DNA of 46,255 bases from Actinomycetota bacterium (GTDB lineage Bacteria > Actinomycetota > Thermoleophilia > Solirubrobacterales > 70-9), in NCBI GenBank assembly GCA_046733315.1, contig JBKPOV010000055.1, positions 1-46,255 on the forward strand, given 5' to 3'. Both the position numbers and the translations under genes were made by a program. This document shows, in pieces, positions 7,958 through 16,250 of the stretch (position 1 is its first letter; each line of letters begins with the position of its first letter). The notes under the pieces are model-generated. The model did not search any database and had not been told where the DNA came from. It was given only the letters and a program-made list of their open reading frames with translations.

Positions 7958-8956
7958 ATGGAACAGCAGGCTCTCACCGACACACTGATCGCGGCGAGGG
8001 TGCCGCTTGCCGAGCTCGAGGACGGCCAGCGCATCGGCGGCGTTTACGCGGTGCGCGAGCGTGAGCTGCGGCGCAAGCGCAACGGCGAGCCCTGGCTTCG
8101 CATCGTCCTCTGCGACGGCAGCGGCAACTGCGAGGCGGTCGCCTGGGAGGACGCTGAGTCGCTCTACGCGCTGGCGACTCCGGGCGCGGCTGTCTACGTC
8201 AGCGGTCACCTCGAGACGAGTGAGCGCTGGGGCGCCAAGATCAAGCTGACCGCGCTGCGCGCGGCCGACGACGACGAGTACAGCGCCGAGGACCTGGCGC
8301 CGGCCTCCGAGGCCTCCTTCGAGAAGCTCGAGGGGGAGCTGCGCGAGCTGCTGGCGACGGTGCAGGACCGCCAGCTGCGCTACCTGCTCGATCGCTTCTT
8401 CGGCGAGGAATCGGAGATCTGGGCCCGCTTTCGCGACGCGCCGGCGGCGAAGGTCTACCACCAGGCCTACCGCCACGGGCTCCTGGAGCACACGATCTCG
8501 GTGGCGCAGGCGGTCAGCGCCGCGGCCGCCTACTTCCCCGGCATCGACCGCGACGTCGCCGTCACCGGGGCGCTCCTGCACGACATCGGCAAGACCGAGG
8601 CCTACAACGAAGACCCGCTGGCGATCGACCTCACCGACGCCGGCCGCCTGCAGGGCGAGATCCCGCTCGGCTACTACAAGGTGCGCCGCCAGATCGAGGA
8701 CATTCCCGGCTTCGATCCCGACCTCGCCCAGGCCGTCCTGCACATCATCCTCGCCCACCACGGCTCGCTCGAACACGGCTCGCCGGTCACTCCAGCCACC
8801 CGGGAGGCGGTCCTCGTCCACATGATCGACAACCTCGGCGGCCGCCTCGGCAGCTTCGACCGCCTCGAGCGCCAGCTCCCCGCCGGCGAGTCCTGGTCCG
8901 GCTTCGACCGCGCCCTCTCCGGCTCCGCCTACTTCGGCCAGCGCGCCGCCGCCTGA
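7958..8956 (+). CDS. OB-fold plus HD-domain phosphohydrolase (YhaM-like 3'-5' exoribonuclease family)
   Basis: N-terminal OB-like 'RKRNGEPWLRIVLCDGSGNCEAVAWED' is followed by HD-domain 'LLEHTISVA...GALLHDIGK...ILAHHG'. ATG at 7958. Confidence 0.85.
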   Translation: MEQQALTDTLIAARVPLAELEDGQRIGGVYAVRERELRRKRNGEPWLRIVLCDGSGNCEAVAWEDAESLYALATPGAAVYVSGHLETSERWGAKIKLTALRAADDDEYSAEDLAPASEASFEKLEGELRELLATVQDRQLRYLLDRFFGEESEIWARFRDAPAAKVYHQAYRHGLLEHTISVAQAVSAAAAYFPGIDRDVAVTGALLHDIGKTEAYNEDPLAIDLTDAGRLQGEIPLGYYKVRRQIEDIPGFDPDLAQAVLHIILAHHGSLEHGSPVTPATREAVLVHMIDNLGGRLGSFDRLERQLPAGESWSGFDRALSGSAYFGQRAAA

Positions 8957-9042
8957 CGGCGTCAGGCTGTGTCCTCGGTCGCTCGCGTGCAGAGCCGCCA
9001 CGCTTCCTGCGTCCTTGCCTGACGCCGTCAGGCGGCGGCGCG
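8942..9042. repeat. 101-nt element with perfect 25-bp inverted-repeat arms (putative terminator hairpin or structured element)
   Basis: Left arm 8942-8966 'cgcgccgccgcctgacggcgtcagg'. Right arm 9018-9042 is its exact reverse complement. The spacer is 51 nt. The left arm contains the stop codon of the YhaM-like gene. Confidence 0.6.
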
Positions 9043-9049
9043 AACGCCT

Positions 9050-10894
9050 GTGCCCGAACATAGACTGCTGCGCTCGATGGCTTCTGAGAGGTCAGAGCGG
9101 GGGGGCGAAGCGACGCCCGCCGTCGACGTGATCGGCTTCCTCGACGGACTCGTCGCCCGCTTCGTCGCCTGGTCGCGCCGGGCAGGTCAGCGTCGCCTCG
9201 CGCACGCCCTGCTTGCCCTGGTCTTCCTCGTCGCCGCGGCGCTGATCCTTGGCTGGGGCAAGGGACAGACGTTCATCAACGACGAGTGGACCTACCTCGT
9301 CGTCGACCAGGGGTGGTCGCCCGAAACCTTGCTGAAGCCCCAGAACGGCCACCTCATCGTGGTCCCGCTGCTCATCTACAAGGGGCTCTTCGCCACGGCT
9401 GGCGCGGAGTCCCATCTCCCCTTCCAGGTCGCCACCGTGGTCCTGCACCTGACGATCGCGCTGCTCTTCTTCCTACTCGTCCGCAGCCGGGTGGCGCTCG
9501 CGGTGGCGGTCGGCCTCACCGCCCTCGTTGCCCTCTTTGGCGCTGGCTGGGACACCGTGATGGGGGCCTACGAGCTGCCCAACCTGACCGGGATGGCGGC
9601 CGGACTCGGGATGCTGCTCGCGCTCGAAAGGCGCACGCGGGCCGCCGACGTCCTCGCCAGCCTGCTGCTCGCGGTCGCGCTTGCCTCGTTCAGCATCGGC
9701 ATCGCCTTCGGCGCGGGAGCGCTGCTGGCGATCTGGTTGGGCGGGCGCAGTCAGTGGAGACGGGCCTGGATCGTCGTGCTGCCATTCGTTCTCTACGGCG
9801 TCTGGTTCGTGTGGGCCCGCAAGTTCGGCCAGTCCGAGCTGACCGCGGAAGCCCTGAGCGGCCTCTTCAGCGGCATCGCCGATCAGGTGGCGGCGATCTG
9901 CGCCGGCATCACCGGCCTCTTCCGCGCCCCTGGCAGCGCCGACTTGCCCACCCTGGTCGCGCTGCGGCCCGAGTGGGGATACCCCCTGGCGCTCGTCCTA
10001 GCTGGCGTCACGGCGCTTCACGTGTGGCGCGATCCGCCCCGCTCGATCCGCTTCTGGACGATCCTCGGCACGTTGCTCGCCTACCTGGCCCTGGTCGCGG
10101 TGGGACTCGATCCCGCCCGCGCGCCCAACGCGAGCCGCTACGTCTACATGGGCGGGATCCTCGGACTTCTCCTCGTCGCCGAGCTCAGCCGCGACGTTCG
10201 CTGGTCGACGGTGACGGGGTTGCTCGCCTTCGTCGTCCTCGGCCTCGCCCTGATGGCCAACGCATCCGAGCTGCGCGCCGGCGGGCGGCTCTTCGAAGCC
10301 GAGGGGGCGACGAATCGTGCCACGCTTGCGGCGCTGGAGCTGAGCCGCGACCATGTCGAACCCGATCTCTTCGTCGAGGACGAAACCGCGGCGCATTCCC
10401 ACCCCGACATGTTCTTCACGGCCTCGGCCTATTTCGACGCCGTGGACGACTTCGGCTCGCCGGCCTTCAGCATCGACGAACTGCTCTCCAGCGCCGAGCA
10501 GGCTCGCGAAGCGGCGGACCAGGAGTTGGTGCGGGCGCTCGATCTGACAGTGATGCCAGGCGGCCCGTCGCCTGTTTCACGGGGCGGAACACCACCAGAG
10601 CTGCTCGGCGCGAGCAATGGGGACGGCGTCACGCGGGGTGGCTGCATAGGCCTGGTTCCAGATCAGGGCCACGCCGCGTCCTTCCGCCTTGAGATTCCCG
10701 TAGGAGGACTCGCGTACCGGACCGCTGCCGACGCCAAGGTGGAACTGAAGCTGAGCCGTTTCGGTGAAGCTTTCTCGACCGCCTTGCCGCCGATCATGGG
10801 ATCCGGCGAAGTGGCGATCCCGATCGACGCCGCCCCGGTGCCGTGGCGCGCCGAACTCCGAACGACGACCAAGATCCTTGCCTGTAGGCGCTAG
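9050..10894 (+). CDS. Large polytopic membrane protein with a C-terminal soluble domain (possible GT-C-fold glycosyltransferase)
   Basis: About 12 hydrophobic segments. An acidic first-loop motif 'FINDEWTY' is present, followed by a roughly 190-aa non-membrane C-terminus. The start may be GTG 9050 or ATG 9077. Confidence 0.7.
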   Translation: MPEHRLLRSMASERSERGGEATPAVDVIGFLDGLVARFVAWSRRAGQRRLAHALLALVFLVAAALILGWGKGQTFINDEWTYLVVDQGWSPETLLKPQNGHLIVVPLLIYKGLFATAGAESHLPFQVATVVLHLTIALLFFLLVRSRVALAVAVGLTALVALFGAGWDTVMGAYELPNLTGMAAGLGMLLALERRTRAADVLASLLLAVALASFSIGIAFGAGALLAIWLGGRSQWRRAWIVVLPFVLYGVWFVWARKFGQSELTAEALSGLFSGIADQVAAICAGITGLFRAPGSADLPTLVALRPEWGYPLALVLAGVTALHVWRDPPRSIRFWTILGTLLAYLALVAVGLDPARAPNASRYVYMGGILGLLLVAELSRDVRWSTVTGLLAFVVLGLALMANASELRAGGRLFEAEGATNRATLAALELSRDHVEPDLFVEDETAAHSHPDMFFTASAYFDAVDDFGSPAFSIDELLSSAEQAREAADQELVRALDLTVMPGGPSPVSRGGTPPELLGASNGDGVTRGGCIGLVPDQGHAASFRLEIPVGGLAYRTAADAKVELKLSRFGEAFSTALPPIMGSGEVAIPIDAAPVPWRAELRTTTKILACRR

Positions 10895-10973
10895 ACAAGA
10901 GACGGAAGCCCCCCCTGCCAAGCCGCCTGAGCCCTCGGGTCGCCGGGGGATCGACCGCGCCAGGGTCAAGAAG

Positions 10974-12893
10974 GTGCTGCTCTCCTCGCCACTGCTCGGC
11001 GTGGTGCTGGCGGTGCTCACCTGGCCGTTCCCCAATCTCTCGCCGACCTACGGGCTCGACCCCTCCTGGGTCGCCGGCCTCTACATGGCGGGAGAGCGAG
11101 GGCTTGATGCAGGCACCCAGATCGTCTTCAGCTATGGGCCGCTTGGTTTTCTCGGCCTGCCCAACTTCTTCGAGATCTGGCCGGGGAGGTTGGCGTTCGC
11201 CTGGTCCGCCCTGGTCCACGCCGCCTTCTGCATCGCCCTCCTCTGGGGGACCCGCCGCGCCTTTGGCCTCGTGGTCGGGCTCGCGGTCACGGCCCTTGCG
11301 GCCTCAAACCCCGTCGGTGACCCGATTCTGATCGCGGCCGCCGTGGTTGGCACCGCGGCGCTGCTCGGCGAATGGAGTGCCCGCGCCCGCCTCCGGCTCG
11401 CCGTCGGGGCCGGCGCGCTCTCCGGGATGCAGCTGCTCGGCTCGTTGCGGGCGGGCCCCACGCTAGTGGCGATGGGGATTGCGGTATTGCTCGGCTTGCC
11501 GGATCGGCGCCGCACCTTTCCGGCCTTTTTCGGAAGCCTGATCCTGGCCTTCATGGGGTTCTGGCTCATCACCGGACAGGGGCTCGGCAACATCGACGAC
11601 TACGCCATCAACACCGCCAATGTGGTCGGCGACTACTCGGCGGCGATGGTGGCTGTCTATCCCAGTCGCTCATGGCAGACGCCGGCGACCGCGCTGGGGC
11701 TGGCGACCATTGGCGTGCTCTGCATCGCCGCCGTCTGGCGCCGGGACAACATGCGCCGGCTTGGTCTCGTCCTGATGGTCGCTGCCGTCACCTTCCTCAT
11801 GTTCAAGCACGAGGTCGTTCGCTACTCACCCGGCAACACCGGACTCTTCCTCGCGGCCCTGCTCTGCATCGGCCTCGTGCTCGTGCCCTACGTTCGTCGC
11901 TCGCTTGCAGTTGGTGCGGTCATCGTCCTTTTTGCCATTACCTACGTCGGTAACGAGGAATCGATCGAGACGAGACTCAGTTTTGGACAGCGAGCCGAGA
12001 CCTTCCGCTTACAGCTGGAAACGGTCGCGTTGCCCGGCCGTGCCGAGAAGGTCCAGCAGCAGGGGCGGGCCGAAATGCAGGCGATCTACGGGCTCAGCCC
12101 AGCCGAGCTCAGGCTGCTTCGTTCCGGCACGGTTCATGTCGCCCCGTGGGAGGCCGGCGTCATTTGGGCTTACGACCTCGATTGGGATCCGCTGCCGGTC
12201 TTCCAGCAGTACTCGGCGTTCACGCCACGCCTCGACGAGCTGAATGCGGCGAAGCTCGAATCGGCGACCGCGCCGGAATTGATCCTCTGGCAGAACACGA
12301 CCACGTTCGACCCCAACGCGGTCAACTATCCGGGGGCAATCGATGCTCGCTGGCCGGCCTTCGAGTCACCGGCGCAGATGGTCCAGATGTTCTGTCGCTA
12401 CCGGGTGGTCCGCTGGGATGAAGAGTGGTCGATCCTGCGTCGTGGTCCCAGTCGCTGCGGCGGCGAACGCTCGCTCGGCGCGGTGACGGTCGCGAACACC
12501 CAGAGCGTTCGCTTCCCTCCGACCCGGCCCAACGAGGCGCTGCTGGTCTACGTCGACGGGCTCGGCGTATCGGGGATAGAGCGGTTGCGCACCCTTCTTT
12601 TCCGGGCCTCGGGACGCATCGTGGTGATCGAAGGGAATCCCTGGAACATGGTCGGAGGGACAGCAGAGGACGGCCTTTTGGTGCGGGTGCCGCGCTGGGC
12701 CGACTATCCAGACCTCTACCGGCTCGGGCGCGACATCGACGAAATCGCCTTCTCCAGGGCACCGGGCTTCCTCACCGGCGTCGACCGCTCGACCAAGCTG
12801 ACTCTTCACTTCAGCGCCCTGCCGGTGGACGCGCCTGCGACCTTGCCGGCCGCCGAAGCTCAGAAGCGCCGCGTGCAGCGTTCGATCCGGTGA
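10974..12893 (+). CDS. Large polytopic membrane protein with a C-terminal soluble domain (possible GT-C-fold glycosyltransferase)
   Basis: Multi-TM N-terminal half ('LDPSWVAGLYM...SYGPLGFLG') and a roughly 270-aa soluble C-terminus. I chose GTG 10974, the first start after the upstream stop. The track start at 10764 adds an Arg-rich overlap. Confidence 0.7.
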   Translation: MLLSSPLLGVVLAVLTWPFPNLSPTYGLDPSWVAGLYMAGERGLDAGTQIVFSYGPLGFLGLPNFFEIWPGRLAFAWSALVHAAFCIALLWGTRRAFGLVVGLAVTALAASNPVGDPILIAAAVVGTAALLGEWSARARLRLAVGAGALSGMQLLGSLRAGPTLVAMGIAVLLGLPDRRRTFPAFFGSLILAFMGFWLITGQGLGNIDDYAINTANVVGDYSAAMVAVYPSRSWQTPATALGLATIGVLCIAAVWRRDNMRRLGLVLMVAAVTFLMFKHEVVRYSPGNTGLFLAALLCIGLVLVPYVRRSLAVGAVIVLFAITYVGNEESIETRLSFGQRAETFRLQLETVALPGRAEKVQQQGRAEMQAIYGLSPAELRLLRSGTVHVAPWEAGVIWAYDLDWDPLPVFQQYSAFTPRLDELNAAKLESATAPELILWQNTTTFDPNAVNYPGAIDARWPAFESPAQMVQMFCRYRVVRWDEEWSILRRGPSRCGGERSLGAVTVANTQSVRFPPTRPNEALLVYVDGLGVSGIERLRTLLFRASGRIVVIEGNPWNMVGGTAEDGLLVRVPRWADYPDLYRLGRDIDEIAFSRAPGFLTGVDRSTKLTLHFSALPVDAPATLPAAEAQKRRVQRSIR

Positions 12894-13174
12894 ACGTTGC
12901 CTCGGGCGGCCTTGACGCAACGCACCAGCTTCTGCTTGCGCGCAGCCGAACCCGTCACCTCGAAAGAGCGATGGACCTGGCGTTTGATCTGCGTGCTCAT
13001 CCCTTCTAGGGAATCGCCGATCTTGTCGAGGCCGGTCGAGTGGATCGCCTCGTTCGTCGTGTCGAGGACGGGCTTGACGATGAAGAGATAGGCGAGAAAG
13101 AGGATCCCGCCTGCGACCGCAAGCCGGATAATGCCCGAAGTCAGGTTGCCGAAGAGGTTGCGCAGGAGGTCCAT
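12860..13174 (-). CDS. Small single-TM hypothetical protein
   Basis: 104 aa with one clear TM segment ('IIRLAVAGGILFLAYLFIV') and protein-like composition, in a locally lower-GC patch. No competing credible ORF is present. Confidence 0.5.
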   Translation of the reverse strand: MDLLRNLFGNLTSGIIRLAVAGGILFLAYLFIVKPVLDTTNEAIHSTGLDKIGDSLEGMSTQIKRQVHRSFEVTGSAARKQKLVRCVKAARGNVHRIERCTRRF

Positions 13175-13203
13175 CAGGCCGGCCGCACACTATCCTGCGA
13201 GCC

Positions 13204-15264
13204 GTGGCGAAGGACACCGAGAAGCTGATCCGCCAGCTCTCGTTGATCTCGTTCCTGATGGCTCAGGGGAGGCCGGTTTCGGCCCTCGAGATCAAGCGCG
13301 AGGTGGAGGGTTACAGCGACATGAACGACGACGCCTTCGCGCGGCGCTTCTACGCGGACCGGGCCGAGCTAGAGAGCCTCGGCATCGAGCTCGGGGTCGA
13401 GAAGCCGGGCGAGGGATTCTTCGAGGCGGAGCTCTACTCGCTGCCCCCGGAGAACTTCTACCTCGACGCGATCGAGTTCACCGACGACGAGCTGGCGGCG
13501 ATGAGCACCGCGCTGATGCTGCTCTCCGAAGGGGAATTCGCCTACGCCGAGCCGCTGCGCCTGGCCCTGCAGCAGGTCGCCTGGGGCCACCCGAACCCGC
13601 TCAAGGAGGGCGAGCGCGCTCCGGTCGAGATGGCGATGACCGCCTCGGCCGGCGGTCGCGAGCTCTCCCAGCGCCTTTCCAAGATCGAGACCGCGATTTC
13701 CCGTCGCAAGACGGTCGAGTTCACCTATTACACGATGGAGCGCGACGAGACGACGAAGCGCAAAGTGGACCCTTTCCACCTGGTCTTCCGCGGCGGCCAG
13801 TTCTATCTGATCGGCTACGCCCACGAGCGCGAGGCGGTGCGGGTCTTTCGCCTCTCGCGGATCCGGGGCAAGGTCGGCTACGCCTCCAAGGCCGAGCACG
13901 ACTTCTCGCCGCCGGAGAACTTCGACCGCCGCGACTACGGCCAGCGCGCCGACTGGCAGCTGGGCGAGACCCGCGGCCGCGCCCAGATCTTCGTTCGCGA
14001 TCGCATCGCCTGGCTGATCGAGCGGGACTTCGGTGCCTACGGCGAGCTGCGCCCGGCGAAGAAGTCCGATGGCGCGCCGGGCAAAGGCTCGGTGTTCGAG
14101 ACCGACTACGCCTCCCCACGCGAGCTGATCGCCTGGGTCCTGCGCTGGCGCCAGAACGCCCAGGTGCTGGGCCCGGATGAGCTGCGAGACGAGGCCGAGA
14201 GTCGCCTCGGCCTGCTCCACGAGCGCCACCACAACGGCTTCCAGCAGGCCGAGATCGTCGATCGTCCGCTGCGCGAGGCACCCCCCCGCACACGGACCAA
14301 CGGCCGCGGCGAAGCGGCGATCCGCCCCGAGCGCTTTGCCCGCCTGGTAACCCTCGCCGGCCTCTTGATCGAATCGGCCAAGGGGGAGGAGCGGCTGCGC
14401 CTCAGCGAGCTGCGCCAGCGGCTTGAACTGACCGACGAGGAGCTGCGCGAGGACATCGACCTGCTCAACGTCGTCAACTTCGGCGGCGGCACCTACGTCC
14501 TCTACGCCGAAATCCTCGGCGACGAGATCGAGGTCGACTCCGAGCCATACGGCGATAACTTCGCCCGCCCGGCCCGCCTGCTGCCGCTCGAGGCGAAGGC
14601 CTTGGTCGCGGCGATCGACCTCTTCGGCGACCATCTGCCGCAGGGCGGGCTGCAGAGCGCCCGCACCAAGATCGTCACCGCGCTCGGCCATGACCCCTCC
14701 GAGGAGGGCCTCGAGATCGCCGCCGGCAGCGGCGGGGACGCTGGGGTGGCGCGCACCGTCAACGATGCGATTGCCGCCAGCCGGGTGCTCGAACTCCAGT
14801 ACTACAAGGAGAACGAGGATCAGTTCACCAAACGCTCGGTGGAGCCCTACCGCTTGGAGAACGGCAAAGAGGGCTGGTACGTCGAGTGCTACGACCTGAC
14901 CAAAGACGGCGTCCGCCACTTCAAGCTCGACCGGATCAAGGAGGCGGTCCTCTCCGAGCAGACCTTCGAGCCGCGTCCCGAAGTCGAGGAGCTCGCCGGG
15001 GTCGAGGGCTGGATGACCCACGGCGAGGTGCCGACCGCCCACGTCGCCCGCGTCTGGGTCTCGCCCGAGCGCGCCCGCTGGCTGCGCGAGGAGCGCACCG
15101 TGGTCGAGGAGCTCGCCGACGGCGCCGTCGTCGTCGAGCTGCCCTACGCAGGCACTTCCTGGTTGGTGCGCGAGATCCTCCGCGGCGCCGGCGACCTCGT
15201 AGTCCTCGAGCCCGAGGACGCGCGGGAGGCGATTGCAAAAGAGGTCGCGGCGAGCGCTGCATAA
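13204..15264 (+). CDS. Fused PafB-PafC-like transcriptional regulator (two HTH-WYL-WCX modules)
   Basis: Module 1 is the wHTH 'LIRQLSLISFLMAQGRPVSALEI' plus the WYL core 'VEFTYYTMERDETTKRKVDPFHLVFRGGQFYLIGY...VRVFRLSRI'. Module 2 is 'ERFARLVTLAGLLIES...LSELRQRL' plus 'LELQYYKENEDQFTKRSVEPYRLENGKEGWYVECYD...VRHFKLDRI'. Confidence 0.85.
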   Translation: MAKDTEKLIRQLSLISFLMAQGRPVSALEIKREVEGYSDMNDDAFARRFYADRAELESLGIELGVEKPGEGFFEAELYSLPPENFYLDAIEFTDDELAAMSTALMLLSEGEFAYAEPLRLALQQVAWGHPNPLKEGERAPVEMAMTASAGGRELSQRLSKIETAISRRKTVEFTYYTMERDETTKRKVDPFHLVFRGGQFYLIGYAHEREAVRVFRLSRIRGKVGYASKAEHDFSPPENFDRRDYGQRADWQLGETRGRAQIFVRDRIAWLIERDFGAYGELRPAKKSDGAPGKGSVFETDYASPRELIAWVLRWRQNAQVLGPDELRDEAESRLGLLHERHHNGFQQAEIVDRPLREAPPRTRTNGRGEAAIRPERFARLVTLAGLLIESAKGEERLRLSELRQRLELTDEELREDIDLLNVVNFGGGTYVLYAEILGDEIEVDSEPYGDNFARPARLLPLEAKALVAAIDLFGDHLPQGGLQSARTKIVTALGHDPSEEGLEIAAGSGGDAGVARTVNDAIAASRVLELQYYKENEDQFTKRSVEPYRLENGKEGWYVECYDLTKDGVRHFKLDRIKEAVLSEQTFEPRPEVEELAGVEGWMTHGEVPTAHVARVWVSPERARWLREERTVVEELADGAVVVELPYAGTSWLVREILRGAGDLVVLEPEDAREAIAKEVAASAA

Positions 15265-15266
15265 CG

Positions 15267-15384
15267 CAGAGCCCATTCCGGCAGGGCTTCCACTTAACTT
15301 TTTCGGTGATTCGTGATTGAGCTGACGCCCAATGCCCTCGACGAAAAAGTACAAGACGTTCCAGCCCTGCCGGAATGGGCTCTG
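15267..15384. repeat. 118-nt element with perfect 22-bp inverted-repeat arms and a nested 9-bp stem (MITE-like or structured RNA)
   Basis: Arms are 15267-15288 'cagagcccattccggcagggct' and 15363-15384 (exact reverse complement). The nested pair is 'actttttcg'/'cgaaaaagt'. 'acg' is found immediately on both flanks. Confidence 0.6.
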
Positions 15385-16160
15385 ACGTGACCCAGGCGCC
15401 TGGGCACGCGGAGATTCTCAGGGTCGTTGCGCCTAATCCGGGGCCGATGACGCTGGAGGGGACGAATACCTATCTGTATGGGTCGGGGCCATGCGCGGTG
15501 ATCGATCCGGGGCCTGACGTCTCGTCCCACCTGGATGCGGTGCGAGCCGCGGCCGACGAGCGCGGCGGGATCGGCCTCATTCTGCTCACGCATGGTCACG
15601 GCGATCACAGTGAAGGGGCCGAGGCTCTGGCGACACAGGCGGTCACAAGGCGAGCGCTGGAGGCTGGAGGGGCGGCTTGGAAGCCGGAGGTGGTCCTGCC
15701 CGGCGACGGCGATGAACACTCTGGCCTGCGCGCGATCGCGACGCCCGGTCATGCTCCCGATCATGTCTGCCTGATGACTGGGGATGGGGTCTGCTTCAGC
15801 GGCGACCTTGTGCTCGGGACTGGCTCGACCTTCGTCCCGCCCGACGGGGGTTCGCTCGCCGCGTACATGGACTCGCTGCGCCGCATGCAGGCGGAGCCGA
15901 TCGAGCTGATCTGCCCCGGCCACGGCCCCTGGGTCACCGAGCCGGCGGCGAAGCTGGCCGAGTACGTCGAGCACCGCGAGATGCGCGAGCGCCGCCTGCT
16001 TGCAGCTATGGAGCGAGGCGAGCGCTCCCGCAAAGCGCTCCTCGACGACGCCTGGAGTGACGTTCCGCCCGAGCTGCGCGAGGCCGCCGCAATGGTCATG
16101 CAGGCCCACCTAGACAAGCTCGCCGCCGAAGGCCGTCTCCCCGCAGACCTAGCCCCCTGA
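15375..16160 (+). CDS. MBL-fold metallo-hydrolase
   Basis: 'NTYLYG' and 'LLTHGHGDHSEGA' (HxHxDH) plus downstream 'TPGHAPDH' and 'CPGHG'. The start is ATG 15375 or in-frame GTG 15387. Confidence 0.9.
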   Translation: MGSDVTQAPGHAEILRVVAPNPGPMTLEGTNTYLYGSGPCAVIDPGPDVSSHLDAVRAAADERGGIGLILLTHGHGDHSEGAEALATQAVTRRALEAGGAAWKPEVVLPGDGDEHSGLRAIATPGHAPDHVCLMTGDGVCFSGDLVLGTGSTFVPPDGGSLAAYMDSLRRMQAEPIELICPGHGPWVTEPAAKLAEYVEHREMRERRLLAAMERGERSRKALLDDAWSDVPPELREAAAMVMQAHLDKLAAEGRLPADLAP

Positions 16161-16161
16161 G

Positions 16162-16210
16162 CTTCCGGTGCGCCTTATCTGGTCATAGCCCGCATAAAGC
16201 GCACCGGAAG
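16162..16210 (+). terminator. Stem-loop after the MBL hydrolase stop codon (putative intrinsic terminator without a clear U-tract)
   Basis: 12-bp perfect stem 'cttccggtgcgc'/'gcgcaccggaag', plus 4 further pairs after one mismatch. The loop is 15 nt. Confidence 0.45.
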
Positions 16211-16250
16211 AGCTATGGGCCCCTGGCTGGGCGGCCAGTAGGCTTGGGCG

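Noticed and set aside
13369-15354. 661-aa ORF antisense to the PafBC-like gene. The same applies to many other long alternate-frame ORFs in the track: 9286-10692 (+), 19035-20276 (-), 19747-20988 (+), 35010-36284 (+), 36016-37512 (+), 37113-38627 (+), 38828-40162 (+), 42547-43626 (+), 42599-43783 (-).
   Set aside because: Their translations are Arg/Pro/Gly/Ala/Asp-rich and low-complexity, with no motifs. Each fully overlaps a gene with clear family signatures on another frame or strand. This is the typical stop-codon-poor shadow ORF of very GC-rich DNA.
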